Positions 23,047 through 31,873 of a stretch of DNA of 36,005 bases are shown piece by piece (the stretch's first letter is position 1; the number at the start of each line of letters is the position of its first letter). The notes beneath the pieces were generated by a model that saw only the letters and a program-made list of their open reading frames with translations, made no database searches and was not told the DNA's origin. The stretch spans positions 1,412 through 37,416 of the forward strand of contig CAZHNR010000002.1 of the NCBI GenBank assembly GCA_964534065.1, read 5' to 3'. Made by a program: the position numbers and the translations under genes. This stretch comes from an uncultured Methanosarcinales archaeon. Lineage in GTDB: Archaea; Nanobdellota; Nanobdellia; Woesearchaeales; SKGA01.

Positions 23047-23817
23047 ATGAATATTGTAGATGTACATGCGCATATGGATATTGCTCCACTTCATGACGAT
23101 ATAGAAGGAGTTCTTGAGCGAGCGAAAGCTGCAGGAATTAAAGCTATTATTGCAAATGGAACAAATCCAGAAAGTAATCGTAAAGTTCTTGACTTAGCTG
23201 CAAAGTATCCGATGATTAAACCTGCATTAGGGTTGTATCCTACTGAAGTGCATACTATGTCTTTAGCTGAAGTTGATGCTGAAATACAATTTATTCTTTC
23301 ACAAGATAAGGTAGTTGCCTTTGGTGAAGTGGGACTGGACCAAAAATGGAGTGACGCAGATAAAGAGAACTCTGAAGAACTTTTCGCCTATCAGGTAGCT
23401 GTTTTTCGAAAAGTTGTTCAAGCAAGTATCAAGTCAGGTCTTCCTCTCATTATTCATTCCCGAAAAGCAGAACTTGAAGTTATTGAAATTCTTGAAGAAC
23501 TTGGTGCAAAAAAAGTTGTTATGCACTGTTTCATGGGGAAAAAAAAATTTATTCAAAGAATTATCGATAATGGATGGTTTTTTTCTATTCCTTGTATTGT
23601 GACGAAACTTGACCAAGTGAAAGAAATAGTTACAAAAACTCCTTTGAAACAACTCTTAACAGAAACGGATGCGCCCTACCTTGCTCCTGCTGGAAAAGAT
23701 TTTCCTAATGAAAGTGCAAATATTGTTGACTCTTTAGCGGTTATTGCTCAAATTAAAAAGATGGAAATCAACGAGTTGGCTGATCAGTTATTTATGAATT
23801 ACCAAAAACTTTTCTAG
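23047..23817 (+). CDS. tatD: TatD-family metal-dependent hydrolase/DNase
   Basis: 256 aa. N-terminal VDVHAHMD. GEVGLD. IIHSR. HCF. ETDAPYL. This is the full set of TatD metal-ligand motifs. Confidence 0.9.
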   Translation: MNIVDVHAHMDIAPLHDDIEGVLERAKAAGIKAIIANGTNPESNRKVLDLAAKYPMIKPALGLYPTEVHTMSLAEVDAEIQFILSQDKVVAFGEVGLDQKWSDADKENSEELFAYQVAVFRKVVQASIKSGLPLIIHSRKAELEVIEILEELGAKKVVMHCFMGKKKFIQRIIDNGWFFSIPCIVTKLDQVKEIVTKTPLKQLLTETDAPYLAPAGKDFPNESANIVDSLAVIAQIKKMEINELADQLFMNYQKLF

Positions 23818-23838
23818 TTTTTGCAATCTCAGAACAAG

Positions 23839-23991
23839 TTCTTTTGATATTAGAAATTATTCTAATTTCTGCAATTTGAAAACTTTTAGTTTTCTTTATA
23901 TCAAAAGTTATTCTAACTTTTGGGATCCGGAAATTTGTAATTTTCTTTATATCAAAAGTTATTCTCGTTTCTGAGAACCAGAAAGTTGTAA
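23839..23991 (+). repeat. Three tandem 51-bp repeats, each with a TATA-like 25-nt conserved core
   Basis: Units are 23839-23889, 23890-23940 and 23941-23991. Units 2 and 3 share an identical 25-mer, TTTTCTTTATATCAAAAGTTATTCT. Unit 1 matches it at 19 of 25 positions. The 26-nt tails are variable, and each holds a small dyad (e.g. TTTCTG-agaac-CAGAAA in unit 3, GGATCC in unit 2). Confidence 0.9.
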
Positions 23992-24048
23992 ATGTGTATC
24001 TCCTTGTTAGTAGTATGTCGTTTTTACTGTTCTGAAGGGCATATGAGC

Positions 24049-24063
24049 AGAAAAGTTTATAAA
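24049..24063 (+). promoter_or_regulatory. BRE/TATA promoter of the pilin operon
   Basis: CAGAAAAG-TTTATAAA is a purine-rich BRE plus consensus TATA, about 57 nt upstream of ATG 24120. SD GAGGTG (24108-13) lies in the predicted 5' UTR. Confidence 0.5.
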
Positions 24064-24119
24064 GAGTTTTTGCTGGATTTAAGTGTACAACACATTCGTG
24101 TGGTGTAGAGGTGTAGATA

Positions 24120-24632
24120 ATGATGAAACAATTCAAAAAAGGCCAAGCGGCTATGGAATTTATTATGACGTATGGTTGGGCAATAATTATTGTTGCAGCA
24201 GCTTTAGGAGTCATTTCTTATTTAGGTTTTTTCCGAGGAGGAAATATTCCTGAACAAACAACTTTTGGTGAACCCTTAGTAAATATTGACCAAGCGTCAA
24301 TTACCACGACAGGCCTTCAAGTCTCTCTTCGAAATGATGCAGCAGACACATTAAACGTACAAGATGCGGACGTCACGAATAACCGTGGTGGATCAAATTA
24401 TGGTTGTGACAATGCGACTGCGCAAATTGTAGGAGATGGAACTGAAGTAACTCTGGGTGCAAGTGCTCTTGATGTATCTCCTGGAGAACGAGTAGTTATC
24501 TCTTTCAATGGTTGTGCTAATGGTGAAGAAGGAAATCGATACGATGCTATCGTAGATATTGAATATGAAAATACGTATTCTGGTCTAACTTCTACGCACC
24601 GTGGAACTGTAAAAGGAATCATTACTAACTAG
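24120..24632 (+). CDS. Archaeal type IV pilin-like protein with class III signal peptide (candidate major pilin)
   Basis: 170 aa. N-terminus MMKQFKKG|QAAMEFIMTYGWAIIIVAAALGVISYL has a basic leader, Gly-1, Gln+1, Glu+5 and a ~20-aa hydrophobic helix (class III signal peptide pattern Q..(A/S).E(F/Y)). First gene after the promoter. Confidence 0.8.
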   Translation: MMKQFKKGQAAMEFIMTYGWAIIIVAAALGVISYLGFFRGGNIPEQTTFGEPLVNIDQASITTTGLQVSLRNDAADTLNVQDADVTNNRGGSNYGCDNATAQIVGDGTEVTLGASALDVSPGERVVISFNGCANGEEGNRYDAIVDIEYENTYSGLTSTHRGTVKGIITN

Positions 24633-24683
24633 ATTCTTTGGAATCTTTTTTTTCTTTTTTTCTAAATTTTTGAGGGTTAGTAG

Positions 24684-25154
24684 ATGAGGGTAAAAGCGCA
24701 AGTAGCAATGGAGTACTTAATGATTGTAGGTTTCTCCCTGTTACTCTTGATTCCTTTGCTCGCACTTTTTTCAGGAACATTTTCTTCTGATCAAACTTTT
24801 CTTCTTACGCAGTCAGCAGAAGTATCTAGGGAAATTATCTCTGCCTCTGAGCAAACCTTTTACCAAGGTCCAGGAAGTAAACAAGTACTTACTATCAATA
24901 TTCCACGAGGATTTCAAAGCGTAGCTATCAGATCACACGAAGTTGAGAATCCTTCAGGACTTACTGGGACGACATTTAATTTTGAGACAACTCGAGGCCT
25001 TACTGCAACACATCGTTCTCGTATTCCTATAGAGTTTGAAGATATTGATCTTGCACAGCCTGGAGTCTATGAACTCGTAATCGAGACTATCGATGGTGGC
25101 AATCAATTACAAATAAGCGATGATGTTATTCGTATTTCCAGAAAAAATGACTAA
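24684..25154 (+). CDS. Pilin-like protein with class III signal peptide
   Basis: 156 aa. MRVKA|QVAMEYLMIVGFSLLLLIPLLALF. SD GAGGG lies 7 nt upstream. Confidence 0.7.
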   Translation: MRVKAQVAMEYLMIVGFSLLLLIPLLALFSGTFSSDQTFLLTQSAEVSREIISASEQTFYQGPGSKQVLTINIPRGFQSVAIRSHEVENPSGLTGTTFNFETTRGLTATHRSRIPIEFEDIDLAQPGVYELVIETIDGGNQLQISDDVIRISRKND

Positions 25155-25566
25155 AGGACAAGTGGCTATCGAATTTATGCTTGCCGTGACGGTGCTTTTA
25201 GGAATATTTTTTTTGTTCGCCCTTGTTATTTTTGATATGCAAAGAATTGGTGTGCAACGTTATATTGACAATCAGTTTGATGAAAGTGTCCAAGGTGTTC
25301 GACAACAATTATTTCTGGTGCAAAGTCAACCAGAAGGATTTTGCACAAAAGTAGGCATACCAAAAACCATTGCTGGAAAATCTTATTCCTTCGCGCAGCA
25401 AGAAACTGTAGATACAAATGAACCTTTTCTTACATTTGATTTTGATTCTTTTCGCAGCGCAACTGTCAAGTTATATGATGCGCAAGGAGAGTTTGTACGC
25501 GGCGACAATTACGTAAAATATGTAAACGGTTCGTATATAGTTAATCAGGAAGGGTGCGAACAATGA
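25147..25566 (+). CDS. Pilin-like protein with class III signal peptide
   Basis: The ORF is trimmed to ATG 25147 (8-nt ATGACTAA overlap with the upstream stop). MTKG|QVAIEFMLAVTVLLGIFFLFALVIF. Confidence 0.7.
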   Translation: MTKGQVAIEFMLAVTVLLGIFFLFALVIFDMQRIGVQRYIDNQFDESVQGVRQQLFLVQSQPEGFCTKVGIPKTIAGKSYSFAQQETVDTNEPFLTFDFDSFRSATVKLYDAQGEFVRGDNYVKYVNGSYIVNQEGCEQ

Positions 25567-26084
25567 ACGCTAAAGCGCAAACTATCTTTCTGAGTCTTTT
25601 CATATTTTTAGGATTGTTTATTCTTTTTGCTGCACAATTTTTGCAGCAAATCTACTTTGACAAAGGAGCAGGAGAACGAAAACAGGAAGAACTCTATGCA
25701 GAAGCACAGCTTATATCAGCACAACTTATTACGCAAGGAGCTCCGCCAAATTGGGAGACGCTGGCAGAACCTCAAAAAATAGGACTTATGACCCAACAAC
25801 GTCTTGATCCTGATAAATGGGATGCGCTTGCAACAATTATACAAACTGAAACTTGTGACGATACTTCTGCCTGTTACCTTGGAAGCAAAGAACTCTTTGG
25901 TATAGAAAATGATTACGCTATTCGAATTCGCGCACAACAAGAAGGTGCAGCAGACTATCCTGCATTAAGTAGGAATGATTTTGAAACAGATTTAGAAGAT
26001 GCAAGCATAGTGCAGTCATTTTCAAGAATTATACTTGATCAACAAAATAAATCAGCATTACTGACGGTGTTTGTCTATGAATAA
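25563..26084 (+). CDS. Pilin-like protein (degenerate class III N-terminus)
   Basis: The ORF is trimmed to ATG 25563 (ATGA overlap with the upstream stop). MNAKA|QTIFLSLFIFLGLFILFAAQFL has a basic leader and a hydrophobic helix but lacks the acidic +5 residue. Confidence 0.5.
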   Translation: MNAKAQTIFLSLFIFLGLFILFAAQFLQQIYFDKGAGERKQEELYAEAQLISAQLITQGAPPNWETLAEPQKIGLMTQQRLDPDKWDALATIIQTETCDDTSACYLGSKELFGIENDYAIRIRAQQEGAADYPALSRNDFETDLEDASIVQSFSRIILDQQNKSALLTVFVYE

Positions 26085-29000
26085 AAAAGGACAATTCTTT
26101 GAACTAGACCTTATTTTGGCATTTATTATTCTTGTCGTAGGTTTTGCATTTATTCAAATATTTCTTTTGGGAAGTACGGAAACTTCACAAAGCGATGCAC
26201 TAGCTAGAGATATGTTTACCTTACTTGATGAACAACCAGTTTCAGCCTTTGATCAAAATGTTCAAGATACTTTGCTAGCACTCACAGCTCATCCTGAAGA
26301 AGTCGATCCAACAAACACCGTTCTTCGTCAACTCTTAATATTTGAAATCTTAGGTGATGATGCAGCAGCTGATTATTTGAGTGAAGTATTTTTTGAACAA
26401 AATCTTCCTGATGGCTATAATGTTGACTTGAATGTTATTACTCCTACTGTAGATTATGATCTTATTGATTCGCCCGAACCGAGTGATGATGCACGTCAAA
26501 TAGTACAAACAAGAGGTTTAATGAGTGGATTCAGTGTAGACTTCGACTTCTTTGAAGGATTTGACTCTGATCTTTTGTTAGGAAAAGATAAAAATACTTT
26601 ATCAGCAATTGCTTCTTTTGGTGGTTTTACTGGTCAAGGAGATATTGAAACAATACTGCAGATTCCTTATGACGATGAAACTGAATTTAATCCGCATGAT
26701 TTTTTTATTGAACTTGACTTACCTGCAGATGCAAATCTTTTCATCAACGCTGAACTCTGTGACGTTCCTTTAACAGCTCCCTTGCAGAATAAAGATATTT
26801 CTCTTGTTCGTTTTGACTTAACATCTTGTATTGATGACCTAGAGCCTGGTGATAATCTTTTACGTATAGAATTTGAAGGGGGAACAAGTGTCGCACAGCA
26901 ATATGTCGGTGGTGGTATTATACATGTAAATTACGATTCTCAAACAAAACCTGACAGTAGCGAACAAATTCAATTCATTCCTCGAGTAGAAGGCTACGCT
27001 AATCTTTATGACGGTATTTATCTTCCAACGAGTTTCTCGTCTGGGGACGAATTGCGATTACAGCTTAGTTTCACGCTAGAAGAAAGTGAGAATGATTTGC
27101 AACCTGACTATTATTTCACTTTTGGTGATGATGAGCTTTTCTCCTACAGCGAACCTGATGACTACGATGTCGATATTACTTTGGATTATGATGACATAGG
27201 TGAGTTTGCAGGCCAAACTGTTCCTTGGAGGTTCGGTCCTGAGGCATTTTCTGGTTCAGTTGACTCTTCTGGTTCTGCCGATATTATTTTTTCCTTAGAC
27301 CGAAGTGGGAGTATGAGATCCTCAAGTTTAGTGCCTGTACCTAATCAACAACAATGTAGGTATCGTTATTCCTTTAATGATACAGGAAGTGCTGATGTAA
27401 GTTGCCCTGTACAAAATCAAGCAACTTGTAATGTTGGTTTTACTGGTTGTGATGCAGAGAGTAATTTCACTTATACTAATTTGAACTGCGGGGAGCATAG
27501 CATTTCACGAACAAATTATCAATATTCTGCAGGAAACTGTTCCTACACTGTAGAGGTTCAAGCTACTGGTTGTTCTCAATTTGCTTCTTACAATGACATG
27601 CCTCTTGGCGAAGCAGCAAGTACTTGCAATTCAGGCTCTGGTTTGAACGCTGATGGTAATTACTTTAATTATGAAGATCGTGTTAATACTATGGTTTGGC
27701 CGACAACAAGCATATTGCGAGCGGCACCGCCAGCTACACTTTATGATTTTAGAAATCATCAATCAAACGCTGTTATCTACACGCGTTGGGAACTTGCAAC
27801 TGTAACTTCTCAAGACTTTATTAGTAATCTTTTCACTCAAATCTCGGATGTTGATATTGGTCTAAGCTTTTGGTCAACAACAATTGATGCCACGTATCCT
27901 TTAGTTGATGCTAGTGGTGAGTCGGACCTCTTTGCTAATTACGCATCAGATCCTCAAACAGGATCTACGTGTATAAGTTGTGGTCTTTTAGAACCTGCTT
28001 CGCGGCTTATGGATTCTGAGGATTCTGTTAAAGCTATTGTTTTATTGTCAGATGGTGAGGCTCGGTCGTATGGATCATCAGCAACTTATGGATTAAACTC
28101 GCATGCTTTTTGCGATGATCAATCTTTTTTCCAAGAATACCGAGCCAACACGCTTACTGAAGAGGAAGCTCGAATTCTTCTTTCACGATGGTCAGTAGAA
28201 CTCGGTCTTAATGACTTTAATCTGACCACTATTACTGTTGATAATGGTGTGTATCTTGAGTCCTTGAATCTCGATGTTGATTATGATGATGACCTTATTT
28301 GGAATGCGTTTACTGCTCAAGAAAAAGATGCATTGCGACAATTTGCAACGTACCTTGGTGGACACGGTGGGCAAGCGATATGTAACGCACACTATGTACA
28401 CACTGTTCTTGAGATTGATTTGTATGCTCTTGCAATGCAACTGTCCGGTGAAAAAGGAATTAATCAAATGAAACTGATTGCAAGTATGGATTCGCCTGAT
28501 AATTTCTTTGCTGCTGATACTGAGGAAGATTTAGAATCTGCTTTTGACTCTATAACGCAAAGTATTGATGCGTCTTTAGAATTTGAGACGCAAGTCTTTG
28601 TAGTTGAAGACTTGCCCGGAACTTCTATCTCCTCTGGAAAGCTACAATTAAACGACCAAAACCCTGCAAAAATAAGTTATGATCTAAACAAACTTCTTGT
28701 TCCTTTGGAGCAGGAGCTTTCTGTGCAAGAAATTGACGGCGGAGAAAGCTGCGAAGCCACCTTAGATATTCCTGGCTTTTTTACTCCGTATGATGCGCAA
28801 CTTTTTGTTTATAGTGGTGATGCATGGCTCAAAGAATTATCTGCGAATAGCGTAGAGCTGTATGATATTACTGCTTATGATTCTGGTTCTTCATATGATG
28901 ATGTAGGTGATCCCTTTGCAGTGTATATTCCTGAACATGCCTTTGACTCCAGTACAACCTTTGAGTTCAGCATTGGAACGGATGCGAGTGCAAGCAAGAA

Positions 29001-29403
29001 TACTTGTCCTGATTCTGTGCAAATATTTTATACAGCTGGAATTCAGACTGCGTATAATTTGGAAGGGGTCTTTACTGACGAACCGCAGGGATGTAATTGG
29101 GAAGTTGACATTTTTACAGGAATAGGGGTTGAAACATTTGAAGCCACGCTTCCTGAAAGTTACACGGGAACTGATAACTGTTATTACACGGAAAGTATTC
29201 ATGAGGTTAATCAATCACTCACCAATGTGCAAGACCCTTTCCAACAAATTATTTTTAATTTTTTCAGACAAATAGATGTCATTCAAGATGGGACGGTAGA
29301 TATTGATCTCCTTTCAGAAGGATTAACACTTTCAGAAGGAATTACTTCAAATATTCCTTTCTTATTTGGACCAGCAATTGTTGAGGTAACGCTATGGAAT
29401 TAA
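26077..29403 (+). CDS. Giant pilin-like protein with von Willebrand factor A domain (candidate tip adhesin; TadG-like architecture)
   Basis: About 1,108 aa from ATG 26077 (GGTG 7 nt upstream). N-terminus MNKKG|QFFELDLILAFIILVVGFAFIQIF. MIDAS motif DIIFSLDRSGSM (nt 27280-27315) and a downstream AIVLLSDGEA strand define a vWA domain. A Cys-rich ~130-aa insertion interrupts it (QQCRYRY...CPVQNQATCNVGFTGCDAE...NCGEH...GNCSY...GCSQF...STCNSG). Confidence 0.7.
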   Translation: MNKKGQFFELDLILAFIILVVGFAFIQIFLLGSTETSQSDALARDMFTLLDEQPVSAFDQNVQDTLLALTAHPEEVDPTNTVLRQLLIFEILGDDAAADYLSEVFFEQNLPDGYNVDLNVITPTVDYDLIDSPEPSDDARQIVQTRGLMSGFSVDFDFFEGFDSDLLLGKDKNTLSAIASFGGFTGQGDIETILQIPYDDETEFNPHDFFIELDLPADANLFINAELCDVPLTAPLQNKDISLVRFDLTSCIDDLEPGDNLLRIEFEGGTSVAQQYVGGGIIHVNYDSQTKPDSSEQIQFIPRVEGYANLYDGIYLPTSFSSGDELRLQLSFTLEESENDLQPDYYFTFGDDELFSYSEPDDYDVDITLDYDDIGEFAGQTVPWRFGPEAFSGSVDSSGSADIIFSLDRSGSMRSSSLVPVPNQQQCRYRYSFNDTGSADVSCPVQNQATCNVGFTGCDAESNFTYTNLNCGEHSISRTNYQYSAGNCSYTVEVQATGCSQFASYNDMPLGEAASTCNSGSGLNADGNYFNYEDRVNTMVWPTTSILRAAPPATLYDFRNHQSNAVIYTRWELATVTSQDFISNLFTQISDVDIGLSFWSTTIDATYPLVDASGESDLFANYASDPQTGSTCISCGLLEPASRLMDSEDSVKAIVLLSDGEARSYGSSATYGLNSHAFCDDQSFFQEYRANTLTEEEARILLSRWSVELGLNDFNLTTITVDNGVYLESLNLDVDYDDDLIWNAFTAQEKDALRQFATYLGGHGGQAICNAHYVHTVLEIDLYALAMQLSGEKGINQMKLIASMDSPDNFFAADTEEDLESAFDSITQSIDASLEFETQVFVVEDLPGTSISSGKLQLNDQNPAKISYDLNKLLVPLEQELSVQEIDGGESCEATLDIPGFFTPYDAQLFVYSGDAWLKELSANSVELYDITAYDSGSSYDDVGDPFAVYIPEHAFDSSTTFEFSIGTDASASKNTCPDSVQIFYTAGIQTAYNLEGVFTDEPQGCNWEVDIFTGIGVETFEATLPESYTGTDNCYYTESIHEVNQSLTNVQDPFQQIIFNFFRQIDVIQDGTVDIDLLSEGLTLSEGITSNIPFLFGPAIVEVTLWN

Positions 29404-30341
29404 TGTCATCAAAAAAAGGATTTATATTCAGTATACTCGCAGTATTTATTGTAGCTACTGCAGTACTTTTTGCACTCGGTGCAACAAACACCGATGAGCT
29501 CAGCGCGCTTGAAGTAAAGACGCAACGAGTAAACACGGTAGATGAATTTGTACAAGCAGCTCTGGGTGATGCCCAGTCAGCTTTTAACATCGCAGCATTC
29601 AATGCATTATTTGGATTACAAGAAAAACAGTCATCTGAACTCGCATACGTAAATGATGCACGTGCAGCTCTTGTATCATTGATGCTTACTGGTGCATATG
29701 ACGGTGATGCAAACTATGCTCAAATTAGTGAAACCAACTTGGCTGATTGGAAGGAAACAATAACGGAACTGGGCGCACTGCAAGGTGTAGACGTTGTGTT
29801 CACGGATGAGTCTGTTGTGTCAGTATATCAAGAGTCTCCTTGGTTTGTTACTTTTACTTGGAATGTTGATGTAGAATTTGTAGATAGCTTAAGTGATTCA
29901 ATTTGGGAAGAACGTATTAGTGCAGAGACTGCAATTCCTGTAGCACGATTTTATGATCCCTTGCATAATGTAGATGGACGTGCAAAAATTAATGTGGTGC
30001 AAGCAGATGATGTTGATCCTGAATCTGTTCTTGATGAAAATACTTTTGTCGTGAACACTAATGCACCTAGTTTCCTTCAACGCCTCGAAGGTCCACCTTT
30101 CAATAATGCTGATGGTTATGGCATAGAAACGCTTGTAGACGTGGCATTTTACAAGAACGTGCAAGATATTGATTCATCATCCAACAGCGCTCAAGACTGG
30201 CTCTATTTTAGCGGTGAAAATGTAGAAGAAGGCGAAGCATGTTTACTTGAAGAACAAAGCGAAGAGGCTTACATCTCAGGACAGCAGTGCGCAGCATATG
30301 ATTTAGATGCTGATGTCATCTACAGTCCACAAGTAGGTTAA
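29394..30341 (+). CDS. Pilin-like/minor pilin-like protein
   Basis: 315 aa. MELMSSKKG|FIFSILAVFIVATAVLFALG has a basic leader, Gly and a hydrophobic helix. The Gly-Phe junction is reminiscent of bacterial prepilins, but Glu5 is absent. SD GAGGT lies 6 nt upstream. 10-nt overlap with the upstream gene. Confidence 0.45.
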   Translation: MELMSSKKGFIFSILAVFIVATAVLFALGATNTDELSALEVKTQRVNTVDEFVQAALGDAQSAFNIAAFNALFGLQEKQSSELAYVNDARAALVSLMLTGAYDGDANYAQISETNLADWKETITELGALQGVDVVFTDESVVSVYQESPWFVTFTWNVDVEFVDSLSDSIWEERISAETAIPVARFYDPLHNVDGRAKINVVQADDVDPESVLDENTFVVNTNAPSFLQRLEGPPFNNADGYGIETLVDVAFYKNVQDIDSSSNSAQDWLYFSGENVEEGEACLLEEQSEEAYISGQQCAAYDLDADVIYSPQVG

Positions 30342-30395
30342 GCGAAACCATTATAAATATACAACTATGAAATATACACGGAGAGAGGTGCTTTT

Positions 30396-31868
30396 TTGGA
30401 TTCAACACATGTAATTGACAAACAACATTCAGTTGTCACACAATATCCTTTGGATGTTCAAGGTTTACCCGTACGCGTAACTATTACGGAAGAACCAGGC
30501 TTATACACAAAAAAATATTTTTTACACGTGGCAGGTATTAGTCACGCAGTAGAATTAGTTCTTGAAGAAATCAAAGAAGAACTTATTACACGTGTACCTA
30601 TTCATGATTTACATGTTCAAGAAATTGACAAACCTCTTTCTCCAGTACTGCAAAAAGCAGTTGATGAACTTCTTGTAATGTATTTCCCTGCAACGAATGA
30701 AAAGGAACGCTTACTTCTGCGAAGTTATTTGCTACTTAGAGTTATTGGGATGGAATACGTTGATCTCCTTCTTCGAGATGAACGATTAGAAGAAATTGCT
30801 ATTGATAATGCTAAAGAAAATGTATGGGTCTACCACCGAGAATTTGGTTGGTTACAAACCAATGTTGCCTTTACTGAAGAAGAACAAATTCATCGAATGG
30901 CAAGCCGTATTGGCCGAGCTATTGGTCGTGAAATCAATACCTTGCATCCGCTTCTTGACGCTACACTTGGTACTGGTGAACGTGTAAATGCGACCCTGCA
31001 ACCTGTATCAAGTAAAGGAAATACAATTACCTTACGTAAATTCTCAAGTGATCCTTGGACTATTACAAAACTTATTGAAAACGGCACTATGGATAAGGAA
31101 GCAGCAGCTATTATTTGGCAAGCAATGCAATATGAGCTTTCTATGCTTGTTGTAGGTGGAACTGCATCAGGAAAAACTTCTATGCTAAATGCTCTTGCAA
31201 ATTTCATTCCTCCAAATCAACGTATTATCTCTATTGAAGATACGCGAGAGTTGCAACTTGCAAGTTTCTTGTATTGGCTACCTATGCAGACGCGACTTGC
31301 AAACAGTGAGGGGCTTGGAGAAATTTCTATGGAAGATTTACTTGTCAACAGTTTGCGTATGCGTCCAGACCGAATTCTTGTAGGAGAAGTACGTCGAAAA
31401 CGAGAAGCAGAAACAATGTTTGAAGCTATTCATACAGGACATTCCTGTTATGGTACTTTTCACGCAAACAATGCTCGTGAAGCAGTAGCAAGGCTTTCCA
31501 ACCCGCCTGTAAGTGTACCGAAATCTTTACTCCCTGCAATTAATCTTCTTCTCGTACAGTTTCGAAATCGTCGAACAGGTAAACGACGAACATTTGAAAT
31601 TGCAGAACTTACTGAAGATGGTGAACATCGCTCAGTCTATCAGTATAACGCAAAGACTGACAAACTAGAAAAGAAATCTGAGTTTGACAGAATCACCAAA
31701 GAACTCTCTTTGTTCACTGGATTTACTGAGCAAGAACTTGTTCAGGACCGAAAGGAAAAAGAGCTTATTCTCCAACGAATGATTGAAGCAAAAATCTTCA
31801 ACATTGAACAAGTAGGAAGAATTATGGCAGAATACTACCGTAAAAAAGCTGCTGAAGATAAGAATTAA
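30396..31868 (+). CDS. Type IV filament assembly ATPase (GspE/FlaI/TadA family); TTG start
   Basis: 490 aa. Walker A VGGTASGKTS. Asp box ISIEDTRE. Walker B RPDRILVGEVR. His box GHSCYGTFHAN. There is no in-frame ATG near the 5' end. TTG 30396 is preceded by the strong SD GAGGTG at 5-nt spacing. Confidence 0.9.
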   Translation: MDSTHVIDKQHSVVTQYPLDVQGLPVRVTITEEPGLYTKKYFLHVAGISHAVELVLEEIKEELITRVPIHDLHVQEIDKPLSPVLQKAVDELLVMYFPATNEKERLLLRSYLLLRVIGMEYVDLLLRDERLEEIAIDNAKENVWVYHREFGWLQTNVAFTEEEQIHRMASRIGRAIGREINTLHPLLDATLGTGERVNATLQPVSSKGNTITLRKFSSDPWTITKLIENGTMDKEAAAIIWQAMQYELSMLVVGGTASGKTSMLNALANFIPPNQRIISIEDTRELQLASFLYWLPMQTRLANSEGLGEISMEDLLVNSLRMRPDRILVGEVRRKREAETMFEAIHTGHSCYGTFHANNAREAVARLSNPPVSVPKSLLPAINLLLVQFRNRRTGKRRTFEIAELTEDGEHRSVYQYNAKTDKLEKKSEFDRITKELSLFTGFTEQELVQDRKEKELILQRMIEAKIFNIEQVGRIMAEYYRKKAAEDKN

Positions 31869-31873
31869 TCACT

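Noticed and set aside
23839-23991. Possible CRISPR array (regular repeats in an intergenic region)
   Set aside because: There are only three units. They are directly abutting, with no unique spacers between conserved repeats. The repeat core is AT-rich and TATA-like, and no cas genes are nearby. It is a tandem repeat, not a CRISPR.
23792-24214. 140-aa minus-strand ORF spanning the tatD-pilin spacer
   Set aside because: Its translation simply mirrors the 51-bp repeats (RITFDIKK... twice). It overlaps the tatD 3' end and the pilin 5' end, and it has no start context.
26071-29403. Internal and antisense ORFs within the giant vWA gene (28192..28467, 28274..28471, 28891..29214, 28907..29125), and similar shadows inside other long genes (e.g. 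8113..8472, 9132..9479, 30890..31207)
   Set aside because: They are embedded in long, motif-bearing reading frames. They have no independent start signals or recognisable domains.
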